From: Candidatus Multivorans sp.
GTDB taxonomy: Bacteria > Acidobacteriota > Thermoanaerobaculia > Multivoradales > Multivoraceae
Assembly (NCBI GenBank): GCA_965224025.1
Contig: OZ245033.1
Location: 4,000,001 to 4,064,000, forward strand
Direction of reading: 5' to 3'
Length of the DNA stretch: 64,000 nt
Below are positions 9,435 to 18,686 of the stretch, in pieces. Under the pieces are notes generated by a model, which saw only the letters and a program-made list of their open reading frames with translations, was not told the origin of the DNA and did no database searches. Each line of letters begins with the position of its first letter. The first letter of the stretch is position 1. The position numbers and the translations under genes are program-made.

Positions 9435-11295
9435 CTAGATTCCTTGAGCAGATTCCTTGAGCAGGCGTGACCTTTACAGTTGAGGCAAGTTTCTGCGGCA
9501 AGTTACCCGCGCTGGTGTTCATGCTGCGAGCGGTTGTCCGATCCAGGCTCTCTGGAGCTCGCGATCATAGGAGGCAAGAGCGCTGCGGATTTTCGAGTTG
9601 GCTTCCGGGTCGCTGGTGGCCGAGAGGACAGGTCCGAGCACTCGTGCGTGCGTTCGGTGGTAGGCGAGAGCGATGCGGAGTCCTTCGGGAGTGAGCCGGT
9701 ACCTCTGGGTGTGGGGAATCCGTTCGATGATTCCCCGCAGACGGAGGCGTCGCAGATCGTAGGTCATGCGGGAAGGCCCGTAGTCCTCCGGTTGGAGTCC
9801 GCACAACCCGGCCACGGTCTGGCGCAGGTCGCGATTGCGGAAGCCCTGCGGCAGCAGGTTGAACCGCAGCAGGGCGGCGAACAGGCCCTGCACTCTTTGG
9901 TCGCCGAAGCGGAGTGCCGAAGCGCGTTGGCCGTTGGCGCAGGTCGGACGGTGCAGGTCGTCGAGCACCTGGGCTCCGATCATGCAGTCGCGGCTGAGAC
10001 GTTGGACGCCGAGCAGGCGTCGATTGGCGGCGAAGCCGATCCTTTCAGATCATCGAGGTTTCTCAGCCGGCGACCGACATCGAAGTCGTAGGTGTCGTTG
10101 ATCACCGTTTCGGTGCGCAGGGCGCGCCCTTCCTTGTAGTACTGCTTGATCCGCGAGTGCTTGTAGTCCACGTGCAACGACGGCGTCACTCCCGAGGTGA
10201 TGACGCGCGTGCGGTACGCCGAGGGCGTGCGGCGGGTGATCCGCCGGTCGAAGATCAACTGAACGTGCTCGGGCCGACCCATGTCGAGGTTTTCCCGCAT
10301 CACCTCCTCGAAGAAGACCCGGCCCTGCAACGGACGGTCGAAGACCTGGGTCAAGGCGAACTCGGCCTGAAGTATCGACAGGTCGTAGCGAATGCCTTGC
10401 CGCCTGTCCCGGGCCGCGAACGGGTGAGGCAGTCGGGCCAGCCACTTGCGCAGCAGCGCATCGATCCTGTCCGCGTCGAGGCTGTCGGCCAACTGCTGCA
10501 TCGCCTCCGGGTCCGAGCAGTGCAGAATGCCGTTGTCCAGCGACTCGTACCTGATCCCCCGCTTGCTCAACTGACGCTTCAGGTACTCGTGGCCGTTGAT
10601 GCACAGCTTCGCGTTGTACGGGAAGTACGAGCAGAACTTCACGAAGAACGGACCGAAGTCATCGTCGAACGCGTAGAAGTAGTAGTGGTTCACCATCGCC
10701 GTCGAGTCCGTCAACCACGGATACCAAACGCCCGACGAACTCTGGCGGCGCCGCGAGCGCAACACCCGAGCCTTCTCCTGGGCCTTGCCGATGTACAGCA
10801 CACCCTCCCCACCGCGCCACTGGCGAAGGAACTCCCGGGTACGGTCGTCTTTCCGCTCGCCGCGCCGGAACGAGACGATCTCGACCCGGTGCTGCCTCGC
10901 GTAGCCCTTGATCGCCGCCACGAAGCGCCTCGTCATCGGCGCCATCAGTACCGACGACGGCACCTGCCAGCCCTGCAACTCCCGGAAGAACCAGGCCGCG
11001 CCGACGCCCCGCTGAAGCAGCGGAACATAGACGTTGAGGTACATCCTGTCGACGCTCTCAAGCGTCAACGACGTGTGATCCGAAAGAACCTCGGCTACGC
11101 TGCGTGCTACCTTCATGGACGGACTCCGGTCGATGGGCTCCTCACCGGCCAGCATACGGCCACCTTCGCCCATGAGCGACTATCGAGGCGGATTCTCTCC
11201 GCGGCTGGAGCAGCGCCCGGGGTCCGATCAAGCTCAGACCCACAACCAGACACCGCCCAGTACATGCTCGTCGGTCTGAGGCGAAGCCTCGCTAG
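9435..11295 (-). mobile_element. Unclassified TIR-less mobile element bounded by CTAG, with a terminal GAGGC-GAA-GCCTC hairpin
   Basis: Both ends recur in the 135-bp element at 6222-6356; contains one large gene; 13-bp tandem duplication AGATTCCTTGAGC at 9437-9462. Confidence 0.8.
9519..11116 (-). pseudogene. Putative transposase/Rep-like protein with a C-terminal winged HTH, single frameshift near 10045
   Basis: ORFs 9980-11116 and 9519-~10045 join at 'DDLK|RIGFAANRRLL'; motifs HYYFY, INGHE, IKQYYKEGRALRTET and GFRNRDLR...YDLRRLRLRG. Confidence 0.72.
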
Positions 11296-11297
11296 CG

Positions 11298-11759
11298 TTA
11301 GCCCAGGACTTCGACGACCAGGTACTCGCCCTCGCGGATGACCGGGTAGGTCTCGGCCGTGTACGGCCCCTTGACCATGCCCGGGGCCGGGGCCTCGGGG
11401 TCTTCGATCGGGGCCTCGGCGAGTTCCTCCCCGGCGACCGTTTCGACTTCGTAGCGACGCACCCGCAGTCGTTCGGGCGCGCACCAGGACTGGCCGGTGC
11501 GGACGTGGAACTCCCAGCCGTGCCAGGGACAGCAGAGGATCTCGCGGCTCGGGCGGTACTCGAAGGCGCCGGGACGCTCGGAACGGAGGACGCCCCAGAG
11601 CTTGCCCTCGCACAGCTTGCCGCCCTGGTGCGGGCAGCGGTTGCGGAGCGCGAAGAACTCGCCGTCGAGATTGAAGATGCCGATCGAGCGGCCGGCGACG
11701 GTCACGATCTTGCGGCCGCCCGATTCGATCTCGGACGCCTCGGAGACGACGTACTTCAT
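11298..11759 (-). CDS. Rieske [2Fe-2S] ferredoxin
   Basis: CPHQG and CPWHGWEF. Confidence 0.92.
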   Translation of the reverse strand: MKYVVSEASEIESGGRKIVTVAGRSIGIFNLDGEFFALRNRCPHQGGKLCEGKLWGVLRSERPGAFEYRPSREILCCPWHGWEFHVRTGQSWCAPERLRVRRYEVETVAGEELAEAPIEDPEAPAPGMVKGPYTAETYPVIREGEYLVVEVLG

Positions 11760-11799
11760 GCGCGGATCGCCTACGCCGAGATCGAGCCCCGCGAATGCC

Positions 11800-12909
11800 C
11801 TAGAGCCCGTAGAGGGCGCGCGCGTTCTCGGACTGGATGCCGCGGACGAGATCCTCGTCGAGCCCCGACGGGAGCACGACATCTGGATTGTCGCCGTCCC
11901 AGTGCGGGTAGTCGCTGGCGATCAGGATGTGGCTTGCCAGGCCGCCGAAGTGCTCGATCAGAGCCAGGAAGTCCCGGCGCCTGGGCGGCTCCTCGATCGG
12001 CTGCGTGGTCACGTAGACGTGCTCGGAGATGACCTCCGACGGCAAACGCCCAAGATGCGGCGCTTCCTCACGCAGCAGACTCCAGGCGGAGTCGAGGCGC
12101 CAGATCAGGGGCGGCAGCCAGGCGAAACCGTTCTCGACCGAGATCATCCGCAGGCTCGGGAAGCGGTCGAACGCGCCCTCGACGACCATGCTGGTGATGT
12201 TCGCCTGCACCGCCTGCGGCGGGCTCGTGTGGTCCTCGATGTAGTACGAGGCGTGGCCGGCGCCGGTGATCGGGTGACCGTAGGCGCCGAAGGCGTGCGA
12301 GGCGACGTGCATTCCGGTCTCGGCGCAGGCCTCGTAGATCGGCCAGTACTTGCGGCGGCCCATCGGCTCCTGCATCCGTCCCAGGAACAACACCTGGACG
12401 AAGCGACCGTCGGCGCCGCAGCGCCGTATCTCCGCCGCCGCGGCGACCGGGTCCTGCGGAGTCACGACCACGGACGCGCGCAGCCGCGGCTCGGGGTCGA
12501 GCCACTCGGCGATCTGCCAGTCGTTGGCGGCGGTGGCAAGCGCCGCGCCGAGTTCCAGGTCGAGCGCCGAGGTCACAGGCGTCAGCGGGTTCAGGATGGC
12601 GTACTCGACGTTGTACGGATCGAGGAAGTCCTCGGCGGCGAAGCCGACTTCCGAGCCGGGGGTGCGGCCTGACGGCGGCCGCGCCTCCTCGCGATGGTCC
12701 ATGAAGCGCGGGTAGTAGCCGCTGTTCGGGTGGCGCACGCCGAAGGTCTTGAGGTGGTTGCGCCAGCGCTTCGACAGATACGGGTAGAGGTCCTTGATCG
12801 AGTCGAGCTCGTTGTGGAAGTCGCAGTCGATGATCGGCGGTCGCTTCGGCGCCACCGCGGTAGGAAGCGCCGAGGCCTCCGTGGATGGCTCGATCAGGGT
12901 GACGGTCAT
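11800..12909 (-). CDS. Amidohydrolase_2-family protein (candidate dinuclear oxygenase subunit)
   Basis: IIDCDFH, SHAFG, VENGFAW, ASDYPHWD. Confidence 0.88.
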   Translation of the reverse strand: MTVTLIEPSTEASALPTAVAPKRPPIIDCDFHNELDSIKDLYPYLSKRWRNHLKTFGVRHPNSGYYPRFMDHREEARPPSGRTPGSEVGFAAEDFLDPYNVEYAILNPLTPVTSALDLELGAALATAANDWQIAEWLDPEPRLRASVVVTPQDPVAAAAEIRRCGADGRFVQVLFLGRMQEPMGRRKYWPIYEACAETGMHVASHAFGAYGHPITGAGHASYYIEDHTSPPQAVQANITSMVVEGAFDRFPSLRMISVENGFAWLPPLIWRLDSAWSLLREEAPHLGRLPSEVISEHVYVTTQPIEEPPRRRDFLALIEHFGGLASHILIASDYPHWDGDNPDVVLPSGLDEDLVRGIQSENARALYGL

Positions 12910-13928
12910 GGCAACCCTCCTTCTGAAAGGCGGTAGAAGCTGCGCGCGTTCTCCGACCTGATCTTACGCCCAAGCCCTTCCGGCAGCAGCCGCAGCAGCA
13001 GATCGCCGGCGTCGCGGACGTGGACGTGGGGGTAGTCGCTGGCGTAGAGCAACAGGTCGTCCGAGCCGAGCTGGTCGACGACTTCGCACAGGTGCGCCGG
13101 GTCCGGCGGCGCATCGAGCGGCTGGATGCCGACCCTCACGTGCTCGCGGAAGTAGTCGGACGGCGGGCGGCGCACCCAGGGCACCAGCCGCCTCAAGTTC
13201 CGCCACTCCTTGTCCATCCGCCAAAGGTGAGCTGGAATCCAGGTGAAGCCTGACTCCAGGAAGACGACCCGCAGATTGGGACAGGCGTCGAACACCCCCT
13301 CGACGATCATGCTCGTGAGCTGGGTCGCGAACACCTGCGCCATCGCGGTGTACTCCTCGAGGAAGAAGGACGGCCAGCCGGTCGGCGTCGGCGGCATGAC
13401 GGGGGCGCCGCCGAAGTGGATTGCCGCCACCAGCCCGCTCTCCTCGATCGTCTTCCAGAGGGGGTGGTAGTGGCGGCTTCCCAGCGGGTGCTCGGTGCGA
13501 ACCGGGATCAGCACCTGGACGAAGCCGGGTCGGTCGGCGCAACGCTCGACCTCCTCCGCGGCGTCAGCCGGCAGTTGGATCGGCGCCACCATCGAACCGC
13601 GGAGCCGCGGCTCCGGCTCCAGCCAGTCCCGGGCCTGCCAGTCGTTCACCGCCCTCGCGAGCGCGATGGCGGCATCCGGGTTGTGGATGCTGTCGACCGC
13701 GTAGAGGCAGCTCGAGATCGCCAGCTCGGCGCCGCCCTGATCGAAGACCGTCTCGCGCAGTTCCTCCAGGCCGCCGCGGCGGCCGGCTACCGGCGACCGC
13801 GGCGGGTAGTACTCCTGGGAGGCGCCCTTGTCCACCGTGTTGTTGAAGTGCTCGACCCAATGGCCGGGCAGCAAGGGCAGCAGATCCTTCAGGCGCGGAT
13901 TGGGGATGTGAACGTCGGCGTCGATCAT
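12906..13928 (-). CDS. Amidohydrolase_2-family protein (second subunit)
   Basis: IDADVH, IHFGG, LESGFTW, ASDYPH; ATGA overlaps with both neighbours. Confidence 0.88.
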   Translation of the reverse strand: MIDADVHIPNPRLKDLLPLLPGHWVEHFNNTVDKGASQEYYPPRSPVAGRRGGLEELRETVFDQGGAELAISSCLYAVDSIHNPDAAIALARAVNDWQARDWLEPEPRLRGSMVAPIQLPADAAEEVERCADRPGFVQVLIPVRTEHPLGSRHYHPLWKTIEESGLVAAIHFGGAPVMPPTPTGWPSFFLEEYTAMAQVFATQLTSMIVEGVFDACPNLRVVFLESGFTWIPAHLWRMDKEWRNLRRLVPWVRRPPSDYFREHVRVGIQPLDAPPDPAHLCEVVDQLGSDDLLLYASDYPHVHVRDAGDLLLRLLPEGLGRKIRSENARSFYRLSEGGLP

Positions 13929-14308
13929 GGCCCGGTCGCTCCCGGCTCGAAGTAGTAGTGCCAGTGGTTGGAACAGCCGGGATTGAACGCCGCGCCGCAA
14001 GCCGGGCAGGTCGAATCGCAGGCCATGTACTGAGCAATCGTGAGCCGCAGGCCGCAGTTTCCACGCAAGACGGCTTCCCGGTCCCGTTCAGCCAGTGGCC
14101 AGACGGTCACGGGGTGGTCGGCCCCCTCGCGGTGGCAGTCGATGCACGGAAACCACTCGCCGCAGCACCTAAAACGCATGGCGACCACGTCGGTCGGGCC
14201 GTGGTAGTGGGCGCAGCGGGTCTGGGCATCGACCCGCACCCCCCGGACGACCGGCCGCGTTTGTTGCGCCGGCACGCCGGCACGCCCGGAAGACAGGTCC
14301 ACCGTCAT
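13925..14308 (-). CDS. CHY zinc-finger protein
   Basis: RCAHYH, CC..FPC..CH, CPACGAAFNPGCSNH. Confidence 0.85.
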   Translation of the reverse strand: MTVDLSSGRAGVPAQQTRPVVRGVRVDAQTRCAHYHGPTDVVAMRFRCCGEWFPCIDCHREGADHPVTVWPLAERDREAVLRGNCGLRLTIAQYMACDSTCPACGAAFNPGCSNHWHYYFEPGATGP

Positions 14309-15261
14309 GGCAGCGCCAGCGCCACCAGCTTCGGCGTCGTCCCGGCGCTAAACGCCGCGATCTGTTCCTCCGTGAGGTCCAGGCCGGCGTCTTCCGCAAG
14401 CTCCCCGATATTGGCGAAAAACGAGCCGCCGCCCGCGCTCGGCAGCATCAGCGTGCCGGCGCCTGCGCTCGGCGGCGTGAACAGCGGACCCATGCGGAAC
14501 CTGGACGCGATCTTCTTGGCCTCGGCGAGCAGTTCCGGCGTCAGATCGATCAGATCATCCTCGCTCACGCCCTGACGATCGAAGGGCACCGGTTTGGTCG
14601 GGAACGGCTGGGTCTCCGAGGCGCGCTCGCCGGGAACGTCGGAGACGGGCACGGGGAGTTCCTCGATGTCCCAGACCGGATCCCCGGTGACGCGGTCGAG
14701 AACGTAAGCGAACGCCTGCTTCGAGACCCGCGCCAGCGCCTTGATGTCCCGACCGTCGACGGTGATATCGACCAGTTGGGGCGGAGTCGGGAAATCGTAG
14801 TCCCACGGCCCGTGATGGATAGCCTGAAAGTGCCATACCCGCTCGCCGGTCAGGCCGTCGAGCGCGATCAGCCGGCGGTCGTGGGTGGGAAGGAAGATCC
14901 GCGTTTCGTCACGACTGCGGCCGTCCTGTTCGACCGACCCCCGCCAGGCGGCCACACCGCGGTGCTGGAAGCCGATGTTCGCCGGCCGGCCCGCGCGCCA
15001 GGACTCTGGATCGTAGGACCACAGAGTCTCTCCGGTGGCGGCGTCGACGGCCGCTGCCTGGGCAACCTCGGTGGCGACGTACACCACGCCGCCCAGCATG
15101 ATCGGAATCGGCTTGAACTGGCCCGGCTTGACCGCCTTGTTCGCGTCGGCGTCCTGGGCGAAGCAGGGCGTCCCCAGGGCAAGCGCCACCATGGCCGCGG
15201 TTCGGCTCGCGCGCCAACAGTTTCTTGCCAGTCGCACCCGATGCAGCCGCGTCTTGTACAT
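14305..15261 (-). pseudogene. Internally deleted PQQ-dependent glucose/quinate dehydrogenase
   Basis: WHFQAIHHGPWDYD, SKQAFAYVLDRVTG, PVSDVPGE and GPLFTPP motifs in only ~300 aa. Confidence 0.75.
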
Positions 15262-15330
15262 CGCCAGAGCCTACAGTCCAGACGGCGCAACCGTTCCGCT
15301 CCAGAGTTATTCGGCAGTACAATCCCGCAC

Positions 15331-15588
15331 ATGCATACCACCAATCTGCGCAAGGTCGGCGGCTCGGTCATGCTCGCGGTGCCCCCGGTGCTTCTTGATC
15401 TTCTGAAACTCAGTGCTGGCGCCAGGGTGGATATCGGCGTCGAAGGGGACCGTCTGATCATTGCGCCCAGAACCCGCGCGAGCTACTCGCTCGACGAGCT
15501 GCTGGCCCAGTGCGACGAGACCGCCCCGGTCGACGACGAGGATCGGGCGTGGCTCGACGGCCCGCCTCTCGGCAACGAACTCTTGTAA
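15331..15588 (+). CDS. pemI: PemI/MazE (AbrB-fold) antitoxin
   Basis: MHTTNLRKVGGSVMLAVPP...YSLDELLAQCD...WLD. Confidence 0.88.
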   Translation: MHTTNLRKVGGSVMLAVPPVLLDLLKLSAGARVDIGVEGDRLIIAPRTRASYSLDELLAQCDETAPVDDEDRAWLDGPPLGNELL

Positions 15589-15800
15589 TGCGGCGCGGCG
15601 AGATCTTGCTCGTCAGCCGATCCCACCGCCGGCCATGAACAACGGGGGACACGGCCGGTCGTGATTGTCTCCCCCGCACGCTTCAACGAGTTGACCAGGA
15701 CGCCGGTCGTCCTCCCAATCACTAAGGGTGGAAGCTTCGCGCGCCAGCGCGGCTTCACGGTCTCGCTCCACGACGCGGGTACTCGAACCGTCGGCAGTTC
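15588..15800 (+). pseudogene. pemK: PemK/MazF toxin, frameshifted and 3'-truncated
   Basis: MRRGEILLVS, frameshift, then DPTAGHEQRGTRPVVIVSP...LPITKGGSFAR; similarity ends near 15800. Confidence 0.8.
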
Positions 15801-16152
15801 GTTCATCCCCGCGGACGGCCGCTGGAGCAGAGCCCAGCGCCACCGCCGGTGGGGCTCCGGTGGTCCCGGAAACTGGACAGGTCGCCAAGGCGCGGCCATG
15901 GCGACGACTCAATTCCTTCGGGAATCGTGAATCTGGCGGCCCAGCCACGACGACAGTCGTTAGCTGCTGCGGAATCAGCAAATACCGCCAGGACGACTCC
16001 TGAAGCCCTCCCAAAGGGTAGCTCGTCCGTCTTGACCGCTACTGACTTGCGACCCTTTGGCCGATCTGCAGTAGACCTGCGGACAGGGTCTGAGCTATCT
16101 GCGTGACTTTCGCTTCTGCGACCTGCCGGGACGCCCTCTCCGCTCTCGGCGT

Positions 16153-16860
16153 AGCGGAACCTGTCAACGACTTGACACAGGACTTCTCGGACTTACTGAG
16201 CCATCTCCGATGTTTCGGGGTCGGGCCTGTTGATCCAGACGGCTTGGGCCAGCGGTTTGTGGGTGGTTCGCCGCCGACGAATCGTTCGGAGTGGCGTTTC
16301 CAGGCGGCGCGCGGGGCGCGCTGACGCTGTTCGAGCGCGGCCTGCGCCCGGCCGTAGTGGACGGTCTCGGGTGTCAGCATGGCGATGCCGGCATGCCGGT
16401 GCTCGGTGTTGTACCAGGGGAAGAAGGACCTGCAGTAGGCGGTCGCCGCGTCCTGGTTCGGAACCGACCGGGGAAGTCGGGATGGTACTTGAGGGTCTTG
16501 AAATGGGCTTCGGAGTAGGGGTTGTCTTCGCTGACCTGGGGCCGGCCCAGGGATCGATTCACACCGAGGCGGCGAGCAGTTGGGCGGTGCCCTGGCTGGT
16601 CATGGGTGCGCCTCGATCGGAGTGCAGGGTGAGAATGTCGGGCTCTACGCCGTGCTTGAGACAGGTTTCCTCGATGAGCCTTTGGGCGAGCGCGGAGTTC
16701 TCCCGGTCGGCGACCATCCAGCCGGCCACGTAGCGGCTGAAGAGGTCGAGCAGGACGTAGAGGTAGTAGCAGGTCCAGGTTCGTGGTCCGCGCAGCCTGG
16801 TGATGTCCCACGACCAGACCTGGTTCGGTGCGGTGGCGACCAGCTCCGGCTTGGTCGCGC
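16153..16860 (-). mobile_element. IS3-family remnant (rve domain, frameshifted, right end retained)
   Basis: PELVATAPNQVWSWDIT, LDLFSRYVAGW, LHSDRG, DNPYSEAHFKTLKY and LTPETVHYG spread over several frames. Confidence 0.85.
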
Positions 16861-17189
16861 ATGAACTCGGCCATGCACTATCAGGAACGTGAGGCAGCCG
16901 AGGATCGCCTCAGCCCAGCGGATTCTGCTTCGCCCATCCAGGCGTAGCCCCAGAACCCCGGTGGAACCCTGAGCAGGGGACAGGCCCCCCCGCCGATGCG
17001 GCCAGCCAACCCGGTGGGCCTCACTCCTCGACCCCGGCGACCGCCGACCGTCTGTAGTCTCCATCCTCTCCACGGTCCGAGCACGCTAACGCTCCTCTGG
17101 CAGCGATCAACCGAAGGTACGGTGAGCGAGACCTTGGGTCGTGCGGGGGCTCGGCCGCTTGGCCGACGGACGGCCCCGGCGGGTCAAGG

Positions 17190-17350
17190 CGCTGCGGGAG
17201 CATGAGATCGGGGCGATCATTGCGTACTGCGATCGACTGGCGGCGCGGAAAGCGAGCCGGACCATGGCGATCCGGGACGCGGCCGTGATCGCCGTAGGCT
17301 TCGCCGGGACGCTGCGCAGGTCGGAGATCTGCGAGTTGCGCCTTGAGTCG
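17190..17350 (+). pseudogene. Tyrosine recombinase fragment (box I only)
   Basis: RDAAVIAVGFAGTLRRSEICEL. Confidence 0.7.
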
Positions 17351-17447
17351 CCGCTTCGCCGCGTTCCCAGGACCGGCCATCCGCCCTCGGTAAGCCCAAG
17401 AACCGGGTTATCGTATGCGCCCGCAACGCACAGCCAGGAGGCCACTC

Positions 17448-18686
17448 ATGCCAGCACTCGACGGCCTGCGCATTCTCGATCTGACGCAGTACGAAGCCGG
17501 AACTTCGTGTACCCAGGCCCTGGCCTGGCTGGGCGCCGACGTGGTCAAGGTGGAGCGCCCGGGGACCGGCGATCCCGGGCGCGGTCTCGCGGGCGGGCGG
17601 AGCGCCGATGACTCCGAGTACTTCATCAACTGGAACAGCAACAAGCGCAGCATCGCGATCAACCTCGCTACGGAGGAGGGACGCGATCTGCTGCTGAAGC
17701 TGGCGCCCCGCTTCGACATCCTGATCGAGAACTTCGGCCCCGGAGTGGTCGAAAAGCTGCGCCTCGACTACGACTCGATTCATGAGGTTCACCCGGACGT
17801 GATCTACGGCCGGATCAAGGGCTTCGGCAATAGCGGCCCCTACAGCGACTTCAAGTGCTTCGACCCGGTGGCCCAGGCCGCGGGCGGCGCGATGTCGATC
17901 ACCGGCGACCCGGACGGGCCGCCGCTACGCCCCGGCACGACGATCGGCGACTGCGGAACCGGTGTGCTGATGGCGCTTGCGCTGTGCGCGGCTCACGCCA
18001 ACAAGCTCCGCACCGGCAAGGGTCAACTGGTCGAGATGTCGATGCAGGAGGGAGTGACCTGGTTCATGCGCACCGCGATCGCGATGGGCGGCGACTTCGG
18101 TGAGAAGGCCGCCCCCCGCAGCGGCTCCGGTCGCGGAGCGATGATGAACCTCTACCCCTGCAAGCCGTTCGGCCCCAACGACTACGTCTACATGCTGGTG
18201 GTCACGAACCGGATGTGGCACGCGCTCTGCGAGGCCATCGATCGCCAGGACCTGGCCGACGACGACCGCTACGCCACGCCCAAGCTGCGGCACGAGAGCA
18301 GCGACGAACTGTTCGAAGCGATTATCGACTGGACCCGCCGCCACACGAAGCAGGAGGCCATGTCCATCCTCGGGGACGCCGGCGTACCGGCCAGCGCGGT
18401 GCTCGACACGCTCGACCTGTTCGCGGATCCCCACCTCAACGAACGCGGGTTCGTGCACACCATCGACCACGAGGCCAAGGGTCCGGTCCGGCTGCTGGGC
18501 TCGCCGATGAACCTCAGCGACAACCAGGTCGAGATCGAGGCGGCGCCGCTGCTGGGCCGCCACACCGACAGCGTCCTGGCCGACGAACTCAACCTCACGC
18601 AAACTGACATCGACCGGCTGCGCGCGGACGGCGTGCTGGGCGCACTGCCTACTCCCGACGCAGACGGCCAGGAGACCAGGAGATGA
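17448..18686 (+). CDS. Class III (CaiB/Frc) CoA-transferase, formyl-CoA transferase-like
   Basis: LDGLRILDLTQYEAGTSCTQALAWLGADVVKVE, NSNKRS, GDCGTG (catalytic Asp). Confidence 0.9.
   Translation: MPALDGLRILDLTQYEAGTSCTQALAWLGADVVKVERPGTGDPGRGLAGGRSADDSEYFINWNSNKRSIAINLATEEGRDLLLKLAPRFDILIENFGPGVVEKLRLDYDSIHEVHPDVIYGRIKGFGNSGPYSDFKCFDPVAQAAGGAMSITGDPDGPPLRPGTTIGDCGTGVLMALALCAAHANKLRTGKGQLVEMSMQEGVTWFMRTAIAMGGDFGEKAAPRSGSGRGAMMNLYPCKPFGPNDYVYMLVVTNRMWHALCEAIDRQDLADDDRYATPKLRHESSDELFEAIIDWTRRHTKQEAMSILGDAGVPASAVLDTLDLFADPHLNERGFVHTIDHEAKGPVRLLGSPMNLSDNQVEIEAAPLLGRHTDSVLADELNLTQTDIDRLRADGVLGALPTPDADGQETRR

Larger units (their letters stand above)
7943..9437 (+). mobile_element. IS110/IS1111-type element remnant (left end plus first 16 codons), interrupted by ISL3 and truncated at the CTAG element
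   Basis: Begins TAATGGGATGGTCCGCC (resembles IS4321/IS5075 left ends); AGGAGG RBS then GTG-EEITRVGIDLGKHVY*, the DEDD N-terminal motif; GGTCCGCC/GGCGGACC inverted pair. Confidence 0.7.

Noticed and set aside
9519-9983. Stand-alone MarR-like regulator
   Set aside because: The frame is open upstream into the larger ORF, so it is the C-terminal wHTH of the element protein.
10035-10055. Programmed -1 frameshift in the Rep-like gene
   Set aside because: CTGAAAGG is not a canonical slippery heptamer; a 1-bp loss or sequencing error is simpler given the many other lesions.
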